From assembly GCA_964016885.1 (NCBI GenBank), contig OZ024743.1, positions 369,768,001 to 369,832,000 of the forward strand: a stretch of 64,000 bases of DNA, in the 5' to 3' direction. The notes beneath the pieces are model-generated. The model made no database searches. It was given only the letters and a program-made list of their open reading frames with translations, and had not been told where the DNA came from. Positions 39,440 through 52,094 of this stretch are shown here, piece by piece. The position numbers and the translations under genes are program-made. This stretch comes from Eledone cirrhosa. Its lineage: Eukaryota. Numbering within the stretch: position 1 is the first letter of the stretch; each line of letters opens with the position of its first letter.

Positions 39440-39900
39440 TTAAATGGACAAAAGAATTCAACAAGATTTAAATGGAGTGCTACTTGAGAAGTAGGCCAGG
39501 AATAAGGGGATATAGAAAAAGAATTGTCACTAACAAGATAGTTGTGTTCCATACAACTGAAGCACAGTTAATCAGCCAGGTAAGATGCACACAAAAAAGA
39601 GGTTGGTTATCACATGTTGAAATAACAGAGATTGAAAGAATGTTTGAGAACGTTGAGGGCAACAGTGAAATTACAGAGAATAGGGAGGACATCATGAAAC
39701 AGAATGAAGAGCAAAACAAGTGAGATTATTTTGAAAGTGTTGTTGAAGAAAAAATAGTGAATACTGCAGTAGAAGGGTGGAAGATTGAAATTAGAAACGA
39801 AATTAGTGAAGAACACCAATCATAAACATGTTGAAGGCGAAACCTGAAAACTCAGGTGAAGTAATTAACGTGAGGGCTGCTGACAGAAAGAATATATAAA
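39440..39900 (+). pseudogene. N-terminal fragment of a Dong/R4-like ORF
   Basis: MECYLRSRPGIRGYRKR..TEAQLISQVR..KRGWLSHVEITEI resembles the N-terminal block of Dong/R4 proteins (from recall). Confidence 0.55.
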
Positions 39901-39902
39901 TC

Positions 39903-40016
39903 CCATCCAAGCACAGGTACCACCAGATCTTTAACCGACGCACGGTGAAGTTCTCTTACTCAACGACACCCAACCTGGAACAAATAATAGCCTCAATAAA
40001 CACCAGGAAGCTAAGG
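39903..40016 (+). pseudogene. Penelope-like RT/EN linker fragment
   Basis: PSKHRYHQIFNRRTVKFSYSTTPNLEQIIASINTRKL fits the IFNRxTVKxSYSxxPN motif of Penelope elements. Confidence 0.6.
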
Positions 40017-40424
40017 ACCCAACCCCTTTTCATATATCTCACTTTACCCCCAACTTACCTACATTAATTCACCCCAACTACTTTACTCACTTCATTCCAT
40101 TTCACTTTATTTCGTTTTATTCCATTTCATTTCATTTAACTCACAACAGCTCCATCCCCAAACACCACACTTTAAATACTGGTTCTTCTTCCCCTCGTTC
40201 TCCATCATCTTCATCTTCATCATCATCATCTCACTTGTTTTAACCTCCATCTCCCACTTCATCTTCTACTTCACCATCATAATCATAACCATAACCTTAG
40301 TCATCATCACCATCAACACAACCACCTCCTCCTCCCCCTCTTCCTCCTCCTCTTTATCCTTCTCCGTCAATTTCTTTTTCTCCTTCTTCGAATTATGGCC
40401 CTAGCTGTCATTGTTGTCGTTACT

Positions 40425-40760
40425 GTCTTGCCACCAGAGCGCAGGCTGGTTCTCTCAACGACATATTGAGAAGAAGCCTGGACGCAGCTGGTTTTCCATC
40501 TCAATGAAGCCAGCAGGCCTAAACGGCGGAGATGGCAAGCGATCCGATGAAATCACCCTCTTCCCATCCGAAGGAGGTAGATCCCTCATCTGGGATGCCA
40601 CCAGCTGCGACACGTTCTCCGCCTCCAGCTTGTTGCTTCGGCCACAAATCCCGGCATCGCAGCCCGCCTCGCAGAAGAACGTAAAATAAACAAATATCGA
40701 GGACTGTCCTCTTCGCACCTGTCGCCGTCGAGACCTCAGGGAATGCTATGGCCATATTAA
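40425..40760 (+). pseudogene. CRE-like REL endonuclease fragment
   Basis: PAGLNGGDGKRSDEITLFPSEGGRSLIWDATSCDTF; clearly homologous to 28365-28700. Confidence 0.75.
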
Positions 40761-43700
40761 GAGTAGGGGATTTAAATTTCTTGGCCTGGGGTCGCCCTGG
40801 AAGCAGGGTTGCCTGCTCAACGACTTCAGGTCTCTGGAAATGGATGTAATTACCGTCAGCGAGACCAGGATTTCCGACACGTGCGCACTAGCCCCATTTT
40901 CGACGGCTATCAGATCTTCGCCTCTGTTAGCCGGCCGGGAATGGGAGGTGGGTGGCAGTACTGTTTAGGAAAGGCCTGGATCTCGAGGTAAGATCGATCT
41001 TCCGGGACCCAGACGGTAAGTTGGTGGTCCTGGATGTGAACAATAGCGAAGGTGGTGCCTTTAGACTGGTGGCCGTCTACTGACTGGGGCCAGACGGTCG
41101 GTCTTCTTTAGGCACCTAGAAGCCTTTCTAGGTACACCTCGCCCTTTACTGTTAGCGGGGGGCTGGAGCGGCATCTTAGTCACTCGCTGGGAATGTGTGG
41201 GAGTAACTGATAGTAGCGGGGGTGCAAAAGCCTCATCTATCTAATCAGCCAGTTCCAACTGTCTGACAGGTACCGATTAGATTTCCCTAATGCGCCAGTG
41301 TGGACGTGGACCAACCGCACAGGGCCATCTAGACGTATACAGACAGGATTTTCATTAGGAAAATAGATAGAAATAGTGTAGGCTGTCCACTTTTTTAATC
41401 AGTCACCTATTCAGATCACAAGTTTGTGATCTGAATGATCGACCTAGATAAGGCGCGTAGGTTAGGACCTGGTTACTGGAAGCTGAACATGTCGTTTCCG
41501 ACACGTAAAGATTAGAGGGACCGAGTCAACAATTTAGTTAAGCAAAAGTTGAAGGGGAGGGGGCTCTCAAAAGAGAGATTAGAGTAACTTCGATAGGGTT
41601 TAGAAAAGAAGTAGCGTTAGAAAAAATAGAAAGGAGGGGGAGCTGGTGGCTAAGTTAGACGAGGCTATTTGTAGTGGCATTGCAACTGACGTGCTCGCGG
41701 TGAGAATGGCATTATTTCTTCAATGCAAACCACGAAGGTTGCATTGTCAGAGATAAGGTGTCTGCTCTATGAAACGAGGGAACCAAAGCTTTTCGATGGG
41801 CCCGTGTGGCAGAGGCACAGCGTGATAATAAAACCACTTTGACGAACCGAGACGGACACGAGCTGAACGATTCCAAGCGGATGTGTGAGGCCTTTCGCCA
41901 GCACTTTGTTCGGTTGTTCGGGGAGAGTGGTTTGTCAGAGAGAATAGCTGACTTCAGTCCCTACCTTGATGGCTTGCCGCGCCTCTCGATGGCCGACGCT
42001 GAGCGCTGCAAAAGGCCGATTACTTCAGCCAAAATTCAGGATGTCCTTGTCGGCTGCACGAGGCGCCAGTCACCCGGTTTGGATGGCCTGCCCTACGAGC
42101 TTTATGTAAATATGCCAGACTTGTTCTCCGATATCCTCGAAGCGCTTCACTGCAACTGGCCGCAGAATGGGAGTATTCCCAGTTCTGTGAGCCGGGGCGT
42201 AGTGATGCTGATAAGGAAAGGCGAGAACAAGAGGGATACATTAGACAACTTCAGTCCCATAACTCTGCTCAACACAGAGTTTAAGATTTTGGCCAAGGTG
42301 ATAGCTAAGAGGTTGGCGCTTGTCGTCGAGGATTTTGTTGGGGAGGGTCAAACTTGCGCAATCCCGACAAGGTACATACATGACAACCTCCACCGCATGC
42401 GATACATCATAAGAGAGGGTAGGGTGTAAACCTGGTTTCGGTGGGGCACTGATCAATTTAGATGAATGAAAGCATTCGATCGGGTCGACCAACAGTACCT
42501 GGAGGCTGTCCTGAAGGCAGTTGGCTTTCGGCCCCGTCTTCAGAAGCTGGATTGCTGTAATGCACAGCGGCATCTGTTCGGTGGTCAAAGTTAATGGCCA
42601 CCTCTAAGAACCGTTTCAAGTTTCCCAATTAGTCAGTCAGGGGTGCCCTCTCTCTTCCCTTCTGTACGTATTGACTCTCGAGCCTTTACTACGGAAGCTG
42701 GTGCTGTTGCAGGGCTTCTCGCTCGAACCAGGACGCGGAAAGGCTGTGTCAGATTAAGCGGACGACATCACCGTGATGGTGTAGGATACCTCGAAAATCG
42801 AGGTGGTCGGCACCTTATTGGAGGAATGTGAAAGGTTGACAGGCGCAAAACTTAACCCGGAAAAGTCGGTGGGCTTGCGGCTCGGCACCTGGAGGGGAAA
42901 GATCATGCCGTCAAACAGCGTCGTTGGGCGCCGGACCGACAGACCGGTAAAGTTGCTCGAGGTTTGGTTCGGACCAGCCAGTCTCACCCAGAATTGGGCT
43001 GCGAGGATGTCATCACTGTAAGGTCGCGTGGCGGTGGCGAATGCGTACATCGCGTCCTCCATCATCTACTACCGCCTGACCGTTGTGCCTTCTCCCCGTC
43101 CGCGCCTCGCCAAGCAGCAACGGCTCCTCTTCAAATTCTTGTGGAGGGGACAGGTCCCATTGGTTAGGCGGTCCATCTGCTGCCAGCACCCTCCACGTGG
43201 AGGACTGGACATGCCGTGGCTAATGATGAGCAGACATGCGCTGAGGCTACGGCATCTGCAGATATTCTGCCTAAACGGTGAACAAGTGTGGTCACCGTTT
43301 GACAGACGTGCCTTTCCGCAGCTCGTCTCTTTGTCAGAGCTGCAGTCCTGGGTCAAGAAGAAACCGAGACTAGGTGACTAGCATCTGGAATGTTGCCAGG
43401 CACTCACTACCCTCTACCAGGCGGAAAATGCGGTCAGTGGAACTTCCACTCTCGAATTCTATCGAGGATTAGTGGTGGGTAAGTGCGACGATGCAATCGG
43501 AGAGGATCTGGACGTCGACGAAGTCGAACTGGCCAGTCTCTTCCGGGGGACTTTTGAGCCGGAGACGATGGATAACTTCCAGAAATCCTTCGCTTGGCAG
43601 TGCTACTGGGGGCACTGCTGGTTCGGGATAAACTCTACAGGCACAGAAGTGCTATCAGACGGACCTGCCCGAGATGCGCACAGAGCGACGAAACAGAGTT

Positions 43701-44349
43701 CTGAACGCACTTGTCCAATGTCCGTGTGGAGTTATGTCGAACAGCTATTGTCACGTGTAGAACGGATCCGGCTATCAGCCGAGTCCATAGTGAAGATCGA
43801 CCCACCGCCTTCCTTTGGCCAGAGAGAGCAGGCAATATTCCTCTGTCTGGTGGCAGTTGTGAAAGAGGTTGTATGGTGGACCAGGTTGAAAGGACTGAAG
43901 GCAGGCACTTTTCTCTTCGACCAATCCCTTATCAACTTCTTCAAGTTTCACCTGGAAAGGAAGATGAGGGTGGAGAGAGAAGTGCTTCCCCCCAGTACAT
44001 TTGCATAAAGGTGGATGAATGTGGGGAAAATGGTACGTGTGAGTGGGCCTACTCTGACCATGCGCCTGAAGGTTGGTTAATTTGAGGAGGAGAGGGATGT
44101 CCTCCCCGGGTGCCCTCGAAGCGTCGGGTGGTTCAGGATTGGTGGGGCACCTGAGTCGCCCCTGGGTCGTGCGACACCTCTTTGGGATTTTATTTTGTTA
44201 TGTTTATACATAGTTTATTTTATATTTTCATTGTTAAATTGGTTTTACTATTGTGCACTTTTCTCGAGCTTATTGTAAATCCCCTCTGTCCGTGTCTTTG
44301 TATTGTCCCCTACATTTCGGCTCTTGTGGCCAATAAATGAAATGAAATC
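40748..44349 (+). mobile_element. Tx1-like element E: ORF2-only, divergent subfamily, many stops, short (TGAAA)n tail
   Basis: Starts MAILRVG; EN, RT and C-terminal motifs collinear with element A; distinct 3'UTR ending GGCTCTTGTGGCCAATAAATGAAATGAAAT. Confidence 0.85.
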
Positions 44350-47300
44350 ATACCACCGTAGAGGTACTGTTTGCCACCCTTCAAGAGGCGAAGTCTCACT
44401 CTTTGGTAACCCTAAAGAGTGAGGAGATAGTTTTGGTGCCCTCCTACTGCGGACAGAAGATTGTGAGGGTCAAAGTGACCCAGGTCCCACCCGACGTGTC
44501 CATAGCTTGGTTGGCCGAGTCTGTCCTTGCTGGAATCGAGGACAGGATGAGCACGCTGCAAGAACAGAGAATAGGGAGGGAGAACTGGCCAGGAATGCAA
44601 ATGCTAATCAAAACTGACCAGGAGTGTATCGAGGCTATCCCTAATATTATAGACCTCGAAGAAGGAGTCCAACTCCCTATAAGCATGGAAGGAAGGCGCC
44701 TAAAGTGCTATCTCTGTGGGTCAAAGGGTTACCTCGGCCCTTTTCCCGCAAAAGATAGCAAAGAAAAAGGCCCCCCCCTCCTTCCGAAGCCTGGTCCGCT
44801 GCTACCAAGAGCAAGGCAGTCAACATATGCGTCAGACCCTTCCACGGTGAGTAGGAGGGAAAGGTCCGTGGCACCCATACCAAGGTCACGGACAACTACA
44901 ACGGCGGCAGCAGTAGCGGCAACACCAGTAGCTACACCAGCAACAAAATACCCGGAGAAGGCTATACTACCACCACCAACGGCCGTGGAGCACATACCCC
45001 TCCCAGACGTCACGGAATCCGACATGTTGTATGAGGCGGGAGTGAAGTGGAAAAAGGTCTGCCACAAAAATAAAAGAAAGAACCCCTTAGCTTCACCCTC
45101 CAAAAGCGAGGGCAAACAAAAAGAATAAAGGCTGCAAGGCGACTGGCAGCAACACCACCACCATCACCACCACAAGCAACACCACCAACAACAACCACAC
45201 CATCACCAGCATCACCACAAACCCCAACATCACAAACACAAGGCACACATACCCAACAGCAGCAAGAAGAAAACAGCCCCCCCCCCCACATTACACAGCC
45301 ATAAACATGGCAAATAAAATACCCTTAGAACATATAAAGCAGCACACAGATATTACAGGCAAACATTACTACACCCCACCAACACCAAGAACATTCCCGA
45401 AAAATATAAACATTATTGAAATTAAAATAGAATATTATAAATATTTGAAAGAAAAATTCCCAACGCAGTTGGAGACTTCAGAGGGTCGGTTTCCATGAGG
45501 ATATACACTGACATTATCTTGGAGACACCCATGACCAGCCAAAGGGACGTTTCGACTGTCCGTTTCTCACACGATCAGGGTAAGTGATCCTTTCTAACTT
45601 ACTCCATTCCTCACCCAACATGGCCTTACTTAGAATAGGCAGTATAAATGTACGTGGCCTGGAGTCATCTTGGAAGCAAGGCCACCTGCTTAACGATATC
45701 ACGTCACTAAACATAGATGTGGTGGCTATCAGCGTGACCAGAATTTCCGAAGCCCGAGACTTCGCACCGATCTTCGGCGGCTGCGATGTATACGCTTCTC
45801 CCAGCCGTCCAGGAGCGGGGGGCGGAGTTGCTGTGCTTTTTCGGAGAGGCTTGGATCTCGCCATACGGGCCATCTTCCTGGACCCAGAAGGTAAGTTGGT
45901 GGTGCTGGATTTGACAGGCAGCGAAGGCATTGCTTTCAGGCTAGTAGCCGTCTACGCCCCCACAGGAGCAGGACGGCTAGATTTCTTCGGACGTCTAGAG
46001 ACCTTGCTGGGAATGTCCCGCTCTTTAGTGTTAGTGGGTGACTGGAATAGTATCTTAGATACATGCTGGGATTATGTGGGGATAGTAAATAAGGGAGGAG
46101 GATGTAAAAGCCTCACCAACCTGCTCAGGCATTTTCAACTGTCTGATAGGTATCGACTGGATTATCTGAATGTGCCAATATGGACATGGGTAAATCGCAT
46201 CGTGTCATCCAGATCGTATCTAGATAGGGTATTCTGTAGGGAAACTAGATGAAGCTAGCGTAGGTTGTCCACAATTTAAAGTAGTCGACTACACAGACCA
46301 CAAATTTGTGATCTGTGAAGTCGACGTAGATAGACTTCATAGGCAAGGACCCGGTTACTGGAAGCTGAACGCGTCTTTCCTGTCGCGCAAAGCTTACAGG
46401 GACCGGATAAGCGAATTAGTTAAGCGTGCGTTGACGGGTGCGATCGTCAACAACAGCTGGTGGTTTACCCTGAAAAAGGGCAATTAGAATAGAATCGATA
46501 AGGTTTAGCAAAGGAGTAGTGATAGAGGAAAATAGAGTAGGAGAGCTAGTTAGAAAGCTAGAAGAGGCGTTTAGGACAGACATCGCAACCGACGTGCTTG
46601 CGGCGAGATTGGCTCTCGACCAATTCTTCAACGCAAAGCACGAAGGCTGCGTTGTCAGAGCTAGAGCGCGCGCTCTGAAATACGAGGGGACAAAAGGTAT
46701 CCAATGGGCCCGGGTAGTGGAGGCGCGACGTGGCAACAAAGCCACAATTCAATCCTTTCCTGACCAAAACGGGCGCATGTTACCTCGAACCCGAGCAGAT
46801 GTGTGAGGCTTTTCAGCAGCACTTTGCTCTACTGTTTGGGAGCGGCGGCGGACCAGATCGGAGTATGAACTTCAGTGCATACCTCGAGGGACTGCCGCAG
46901 CTCGCAACAACTGCAGCGCAGTATTCCGAAAAGCCGATAACAGCAGGTGAAATACGAGAAGCGATGTCTGACTGCACGAGGGGTAAATCGCCTGGTTTGG
47001 ATGGTCTGCCCTACGAGCTTTATGCGTACATGCCAGACTTGTTCGGCGACCGCTTGGCTGATGTCTCCTGCAACTGGCAGCAAAACAGGAGCATTCCCAG
47101 TTTTGTGAGCCGGGGAGCGGTGGCGCTGCTGAGAAAAGACACGAACAAGGGGGACGTTATAGAGGACTTCAGGCCCATAACCCTGTTAAACGCAGATTTC
47201 TAGATTTTGGCCAAGGTGTTAGCAACGAGATTGGCGCTTGTCGTAGGTGATTTGGTGGGAGAGGCACAGACATGCGCCATTCCAGACAGATCAAGCCAGG

Positions 47301-48390
47301 ACAACCTCTACCTCATGCGATAAATCATAGAGAGGGTGGTTAAGGAACCTGGCGCGGGTGGGGCCCTGAATAACTCGGATCCATCTAAGGCATTTGATAG
47401 GGTCGACCATCGGTACCTGGCGGCAGTCCTCGAGGCGGCCGGTTTCAGGCCCATTTACAGGAGTTGGATCGCTGCGATGCACAGCGAGATCTGCTCAGTT
47501 GTGAAGGTGAAAGGTCATCTAACACAGCTGTTCAGCATCATGCGCTCGGTCCACCAGGGTTGTCCCCTCTCGTCGCTCTTGTACGTATTGGCCCTAGAGC
47601 CGTTACTGCACAAATTGGAGGCGATGAGAGGCGTCCCACGCGAACTGGGATGTGGGAGATCCGTATCGGCTTACGCCGACGACGTCACCGTGGTGGTGTC
47701 AAGAACCGGACATGTCCAGATGCTCGGCACTGCTCTCAAGGAATATGAAGTAGTGACAGGAGAAAAGCTAAACCAGGAAAAGTCGCTGGGCTTGCAGCTC
47801 AGCACCTGGAGAGGCAAGTCCATGCCGCCTGACAGCGTCGTGGGGCGCTGGACGGAAGGACCGGTTAAGGAGGAGAAAGGGCAGGCAGTTTTCATCTGCC
47901 TGGTGGCTATGGCGAAAGAGATTATATGGTGGACAAGGTTGAAAGGATTGAAGACGGATACTTTCCTCTTCGGCGAATCCCTAATTAACTTTTTCAAATT
48001 GCATTGAAGAGGAAAATCAGGGTGGAGGAGCAAGTGCTGTCTTGTTTGTTGAACGGTGGGTGAAAGTGGCGAATCTGGTCCTAGTGAACCGGCCCGTTCT
48101 GAGTATGCGCCTGTAGACTGAGGGATGGGAGAACTGAGAGAGGGTGCTTGCCTTGGTGTTCAGGGTGGCCGTGTTCTTTTGCGTGGTTTTCACCACGAGT
48201 GACCCTCGGAGGTTCCCCCCTCCCCCCACTGGGGAATTATTGTTGTTTGAATTTTTTTAATTTATTTTTATACATTTCTCTCTTCTTGTTATAACCTTTT
48301 TACACGGCCCAAACCAACTTTGTATCGTCCTGTACCGTTCCGTGCCATCTGTAATGTTTTTCTTCCTGTTAGCCAATAAAGAAACCATTA
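44350..48390 (+). mobile_element. Tx1-like element D: 5'-truncated within ORF1, ORF2 (ATG 45620) with internal deletion
   Basis: ORF1 remnant LVPSYCGQ..CYLCGSKG; EN ORF 45584-46252; RT with YADD; GPVK joined directly to GQAVF at about 47870; ends AATAAAGAAACCATTA. Confidence 0.88.
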
Positions 48391-48538
48391 CGGCCCTTGC
48401 CATTCTGAGTTCAAATCCCGCCGAGGTTAACTTTGCCTTTCATCCTTACGGGGTCGATAAAATAAAGTACCAGTAATGTACTGGGTAATTGCTGGCCTTG
48501 TGCCAAAAGTAGAAACAATTATTATTATTATTATTATT
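48391..48538 (+). mobile_element. tRNA-derived SINE (B box to tail) ending in (ATT)n
   Basis: TTCTGAGTTCAAATCCCGCCGAGGTTAACTTTGCCTTTCATCCTTACGGGGTCGATAAAATAAAGTACCAG ... TGGCCTTGTGCCAAAAGTAGAAACA(ATT)n. Confidence 0.85.
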
Positions 48539-49694
48539 GTTCTTTGAGTCTCAGTCATTGATGTTAGTTAACTGGAAAGTTTGTTGAAATGAATATTAAG
48601 CCACTACCTGCAGCCTCAGATATTCAGGACGTATCGCAGGGTTCTTGCTGTTCCCAGCAAGCATGCCTTTTGAAGCGTTCCAAAAAGCGTGAAGGGGCCA
48701 ATTTTCTTTAACCATCCCTGGAAACTTTTTGAGATAGTACCTAGTGCGCCTATGACAATCGGGATCACTTTGACTTCATGGCAGTTCCAAATCTTTTTTA
48801 CCTCCCACTTTAAGTCCTGGTATCGGTTAATTTTCTCCCTCTCCTTCTCTTGCACTCTCGTGTCGAATGGGCAGGTTACATCCACAATCAGGCACGATCT
48901 TTTTTCTTTGTCCAAAACCACCAGGTCAGGTCTATTGTGTTCCAGTTTCTTGTCCGTCTGTATCCTAAAATCCCACAGCACCTTCACCTGATCGTTTGCT
49001 ATCACCGCCTCTGGCTTATGCTCATACCACTTCTCAGAATGTGGTAAATTGTTTACTTTGCATAGGTGCCAGTGTATCACCCTGCCCATCACATCATGTC
49101 TCCAGCCCTTATAGTGAGTCTGGGCTAGGTGTTTACACTCGGATACAATGTGAGCCACAGTCTCCTCTCTCTCTCCACAGATCCTGCACAGTGGGCTAGC
49201 CTCCTCCTTGTAAATGTGGTGTTTCAACCACTTCGTTTTGAGGGCCTGCTCCTGCGCAGCCATTAACATTCCTTCTGTAGCCTTTTTAAGGTCTCCTCTT
49301 TTCAACCAGTTCCATGTCAGTGGATCTCTAAATTCAGTTTTCTCAAAGAAGGTACTATGAAGGGATTTTTCCTGAAGGCTGCTCTTTCTCCTTGATGTTA
49401 TTTCCTCCTTGGACATCCCCTGGCCTATTGTCCCCTCCTTCAGTACAGTTCTGAGCATTGGCTCCTTACTATCAGTCACGTATTTGTGTAGGTTGTTTTT
49501 CTCCATCTGAACACAGTCCTCTATGCTGATAAGACCTCTTCCACCCTCAGATCTCCTTAAGTAGAGTCTATCGACATCACTCCTCTTGTGGAAGATATTG
49601 TAGATAGTCAATAGCTTCCTAGTCTTCCTATCCATTTCTTTTTGTTCAGCAACATTCCATCTCAGAATTCCCGCACTGGACCTAATAATAGACA

Positions 49695-49695
<1 letters not shown>
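48539..49695 (-). mobile_element. Dong/R4-clade element 1, 5'-truncated, intact C-terminal frame (CCHC finger + restriction-like endonuclease)
   Basis: RLYLRRSEGGRGL, CRICGEREETVAHIVSEC, RHD, HNRPDLVV, IVDVTCP, EKINRYQDL, PIVIGALG; flanked on both sides by (TAA)n in element sense. Confidence 0.92.
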
Positions 49696-49729
<34 letters not shown>

Positions 49730-49730
<1 letters not shown>

Positions 49731-51849
49731 AGTTGCATTTATCTTGCTTTATGTTCATACGAGTTATCACCAAGTCACAACCAGTCACCTCAAGAGACAA
49801 CAAGGTCCGCCATGTTCAAGAAAGAACATACATACTCACACATGCATCTTTAGTGTTTAGACTTGTGATGTACTTATATTGACAGAATCTTCCTTAGTAT
49901 ATGGGCAGTTCCCATTAGTACTATCTTTTGTATTTCTCCTATACGCGGGTTTCCTGGGATTTGCGATAAGTAATCATTAGATCCCTTAGGTATCATTCCC
50001 AGAGCGCCTACAACCACTGGTATTGTTTTAGTTCTCAATTTCCACATTTTTCCAATTTCTATCTCCAGGTCCTTATACTTGCTCAATTTTTCAAATGTTT
50101 TTATAGATACATTCTTGTCTATTGGAACAGACATATCAATTAGCAGGCATACCCTCTTTTTAAAGTCCTTCAATATTATATCAGGTCTATTTGCATCTAT
50201 TTTTCGGTCTGTTTGGATGCTAAAGTTCCACAAGATTGAGATGTGATCTTTTTCAAGTATGGGAGGTGGTTGATGCTCCCACCAATTCTTTTGATGGGGC
50301 AGGTCAAAATGTTTACACATTATCCAATGTATGTATTGTGCAGCTCTGTCATGCCTGTTTAGGTATTCGGTTGGAGCTATAGGACTACACATTGAAATTA
50401 TATGGTCAATGGTCTCTGGTTGTTTTTTGCATACACGGCATAATGGGCTGCATCCATTTTTTATTATGTTGGCTTGGTAATTTTTTGTTGGCAGACACTG
50501 ATCTTGTGCTGATATAATCAGTCCTTCAGTCTCCGATTTCAGTCCAGAGGATGCCAACCACTGATGGGTTAAAGTTTTGTCAACATAAGGATTGTTAGCT
50601 CGCTCTGGGTATTTTCCATACAGAGGCTTTTCTTGCCATTTCTTAGCCAGTTTCTGTAGCAGTTCTTTCTTTGCAGTTACTTTTACCTGCTTTGCTTTTT
50701 CTGTGTTTTCCATTTCAGCAGTAAATGGGACTTCTGAAATTTGTAGTCCATTACTGTATCTTTGTGCATCTTTTGTAATGGAATATGATCTTTTGATGCT
50801 TTCGTGTTTCAAAACGAGTTTGATCATCCAATCATGTGATTCCCTTAGATATGTAGATAATCCAATTGTTGCAGTTTTCAACGCAATGTCTAACTGGATT
50901 AACCCACGTCCTCCTTCTTTCCTAGGGAGATATATTCTATCTATATCTGCCTTAGGGTGATGCATTCTGTGCATGGTTAAGAATTTTCGAATTTTTGTAT
51001 CGAGCCTACGGATCTCTGTGCTTGACCAGTTGATGACATTGTAACTGTAGGTTACTACTGGTATGGCAAGCGTGTTTATGGCATCGATCCTATTCCTTGC
51101 ATTCAATTCCGTTCTTAAGATTGCTCTTACTCTGCGGTAACATTCCTTCCTTATCCTTTCCCTCATTGTCGAGTGCTTGATTCCGTCTCCTTCACAAACA
51201 CCTAGATATTTGTAAGTTTTTTCTTGATCAAGTTCTCTTATCACGTTCCCCCGATCAAGATTAATGTCTGAACTCTTCAGCAGCTTTCCTCTGGTGAACG
51301 TTGCTTTGGCGCATTTTAATGTCATCACTGAACTGCTCCACAGTGGATAATAGCCCTAGCAATTGTTCATCATTTTTTGCAAATAGTTTCAGGTCATCCA
51401 TGTAGAACAACTGATTAATGGTTTTGTCATAGACTTTATATCCATGTTTTGTTTCATTGAGCATTTTACTTAATGGTATAAGTGCGATGCAGAATAAAAG
51501 CGGTGATAAAGAGTCACCCTGAAAAATTCCACAATTAATATTAACTTCTCCAGCTTCCAGTGATTTTGTTTCACTATTCAAAAGGAGTGTCGTTTTCCAT
51601 GTCTTCATACTGAATGACAAAAACCTCCTGACAACGGGGGATATTTTGAAAATCTCTAAACATTTTTCAATCCAACTGTGTGGCAAACTATCGAATGCTT
51701 TTTTATAATCTATCCAAGCAATCGATAGATTTTTGTGTCTATTATGACAATCTTCCAGTATCATTTTGTTAACCAGAAGCTGATCCTTACACCCTTTCTG
51801 CTCAATGGGAAATAGGTCATTTGTTATCAGGTGGTCATATGTGTATTCA

Positions 51850-51850
<1 letters not shown>
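49730..51850 (-). mobile_element. Dong/R4-clade element 2, 5'-truncated (RT + CCHC + REL), one frameshifting deletion
   Basis: [28 protein letters not shown] (ORF 51261-51764); CRVCKKQPETIDHIISMC, RHD, ANRPDIIL, KLSKYKDL (ORF 49874-51328); flanked by (TAA)n. Confidence 0.92.
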
Positions 51851-51885
<35 letters not shown>

Positions 51886-52094
51886 GGCGACCTACGTAGG
51901 AAATCGTATTATCGTGAGCTCCGCAAAGGTTTGTTATTTCCGTTTGTTTAAAAATTGCCATTTATGGAAAATTTTATTGTTAACTGTTTATAAGCACACA
52001 TACATTGTTTTCCGAAAAGGACACCTAAAAAGATTGGGGCCTTGTGCCCAAAATTTTAACTTTTATTATTATCCAAAAATTTCTTTGAAAAAAA

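Noticed and set aside
40741-40751. GAATGCTATGG shared with the 5' end of element B, suggesting E is B with ORF1 deleted
   Set aside because: Equally explained by the CRE C-terminal GNAMAIL codons joined to ORF2 by microhomology; 11 nt is too little to decide.
49696-49803. N-terminal poly-Asn extension of the 395-aa Dong ORF
   Set aside because: Read-through across the (AAT)n tract from the neighbouring element's 3'UTR.
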